From an uncultured delta proteobacterium (GTDB lineage: Bacteria > Desulfobacterota > Syntrophorhabdia > Syntrophorhabdales > WCHB1-27), in contig CAWGRP010000007.1 of assembly GCA_963825005.1 (NCBI GenBank), forward strand, positions 104,045 through 168,044: a DNA stretch of 64,000 nt, written 5' to 3'. Both the position numbers and the translations under genes were made by a program. Positions 62,838-64,000 of this stretch are shown one piece after another; the first letter of the stretch is position 1; every line of letters starts with the position of its first letter. Below the pieces are notes generated by a model that had not been told where the DNA came from, made no database searches, and worked only from the letters and a program-made list of their open reading frames with translations.

Positions 62838-63866
62838 ATGCGACGTTCAAGTTTTTTCTGTCTTGTTGTGCTGTTGGCATTCGTAGTTACCTGTATGTGC
62901 GCAGCGATTGGTTTTGCGCAGGAAAAGGCCGTCCAGTTACGCTATTCGACTTTTTTTCCGCCGAGCCATGAGAACGCCAAAATTACAGAAGCGTGGTGCA
63001 AAGAGGTCGAGAAAAGGACGAACGGCAAGGTGAAGGTCCGCCACTATACCGGCGGCACGCTTACCCCTCCTGCCCAGACGTATGACAGCGTCGCGCAGGG
63101 CGTTTGTGATGTTGGAAATATTGTACTCGGTTATACGATGGGCAAGTTTCCGCTTTCCGAAGGTCTGGACTATCCCCTTGGCTACACGAGCGGGATGCAG
63201 TCAACGAAAGCTGTTAACGCCTACTACGCCAAATTCAAACCAAAGGAGTTTGACGATGTGAAGGTGATGTACTTTCACGCCCAGCCCCCGGGATTGATCC
63301 ATAACAGAACGAAGCCTATCACCAAGCTGGAGGACATCAAGGGTATGAAGATGCGCACCTTCGGTTCCAATGCGGAGTTCATGAAGCTTCTCGGCGGCGC
63401 GCCGGTCGCCATGCCTATGGGTGACGCCTATGATGCAATCAACAAAGGTGTTGCCGACGGTCTGATGTGCGCCTATGAGGCACTGGAAGGCTGGAAGCTG
63501 GGTGAGGTTGTAAAATACACGACGGAAAACTACGGTAGTGCCTATACAGCCACCTTTATCATTGCTATGAACAATGACAAGTGGAAAAGTCTCCCGCCGG
63601 ACGCCCAAAAGACAATCGAGCAGATCAACAAGGAATGGATCGAAAAACAAGGCAAGGTCTGGGACGAGATCGATGCATCAGGAAAGGCCTATGCACAGAA
63701 AAGGGGAATCGCCATTTCGAGGCTCTCTCAAGAAGAGGATGCAAGATTTGCTAAAGCCGCCCAGCCTCTTTTCGATAGTTACGTAAAGAAGATGAAGGAG
63801 AAGAATTTGCCCGGTGATGAAGTGATCAAGTTCGTCCGCGAGTATCTTAAGGCGAACCCTAAGTAG
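62838..63866 (+). CDS. dctP: TRAP transporter substrate-binding protein
   Basis: MRRSSFFCLVVLLAFVVTCMCAAIGFA signal peptide. AAAGGAG lies 5 nt before ATG 62838. Homologous to the other DctPs. Confidence 0.9.
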   Translation: MRRSSFFCLVVLLAFVVTCMCAAIGFAQEKAVQLRYSTFFPPSHENAKITEAWCKEVEKRTNGKVKVRHYTGGTLTPPAQTYDSVAQGVCDVGNIVLGYTMGKFPLSEGLDYPLGYTSGMQSTKAVNAYYAKFKPKEFDDVKVMYFHAQPPGLIHNRTKPITKLEDIKGMKMRTFGSNAEFMKLLGGAPVAMPMGDAYDAINKGVADGLMCAYEALEGWKLGEVVKYTTENYGSAYTATFIIAMNNDKWKSLPPDAQKTIEQINKEWIEKQGKVWDEIDASGKAYAQKRGIAISRLSQEEDARFAKAAQPLFDSYVKKMKEKNLPGDEVIKFVREYLKANPK

Positions 63867-63982
63867 TCTCGTGACGCTCACGCGCGGGTTGCTTTGTATC
63901 AAGAAACGTCAACACCAAGAAAGGTGACTTCATGCCGGGGGCAACTAAGAACTGCCCCCGGCACCGGTAGAGGAGAGGAGTG

Positions 63983-64000
63983 ATGAAAGCCTTCGTCGCT
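63983..64000 (+). CDS. start of a further ORF (probably the cognate dctQ), truncated by the window edge
   Basis: GAGGAGAGGAG RBS then ATGAAAGCCTTCGTCGCT. Only 6 codons are visible, and the family is inferred from position only. Confidence 0.3.

Overview
This is a 64-kb chromosomal window from a moderately GC-rich bacterium. The taxon cannot be determined from the sequence; gene content suggests an organic-acid-degrading, possibly anaerobic lifestyle. All homology calls are by eye from the ORF translations; nothing was computed or searched.

Layout:
- 0-13 kb is mostly housekeeping: an MBOAT tail plus tandem paralogs, PmbA/TldD, GNAT, recN, nadK, radC, uvrC, uvrB and an HPP/CBS pair.
- 13-40 kb is a mixed accessory region: a GT9 glycosyltransferase, sulfite-oxidase-like Mo enzyme, Lpd-like flavoprotein, pirin, TAXI-TRAP plus MFS, an orphan TctC, CocE/NonD hydrolase, aroK-like/HD pair, DUF3047, PatB-like lyase, DUF488, a membrane dihaem cytochrome c, SDR, NUDIX, TPP enzyme, sirtuin, nitroreductase and two TVP38/DedA paralogs.
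- 40-64 kb is a carboxylic-acid uptake and CoA-activation island: three DctQM pairs, three intact DctP genes plus one DctP remnant, two paralogous acyl-CoA synthetases, three SDRs, a cupin, an amidohydrolase_2, an AAHS-type MFS, a URO-D-like gene, an acyl-CoA dehydrogenase and three GntR/FadR regulators.

I found no rRNA, tRNA, CRISPR array, transposase, integrase or recognisable defence system.

The signals that ordinary annotation does not explain are non-coding:
1. Four families of structured intergenic repeats, 15 copies in total. Family A is MITE-like, with TWA target duplications that coincide with stop codons. Family B is about 240 nt, has terminal inverted repeats and a covarying internal hairpin, and always sits just 5' of a co-oriented gene. 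Family C is a CTTCCTAG-hairpin module. Family D is a cloverleaf REP.
2. At least seven genes are interrupted by single-base indels, and two transporter genes are reduced to remnants.
3. There are several clear operator palindromes and an orphan intrinsic terminator.

I cannot point to a novel protein-based system with confidence.
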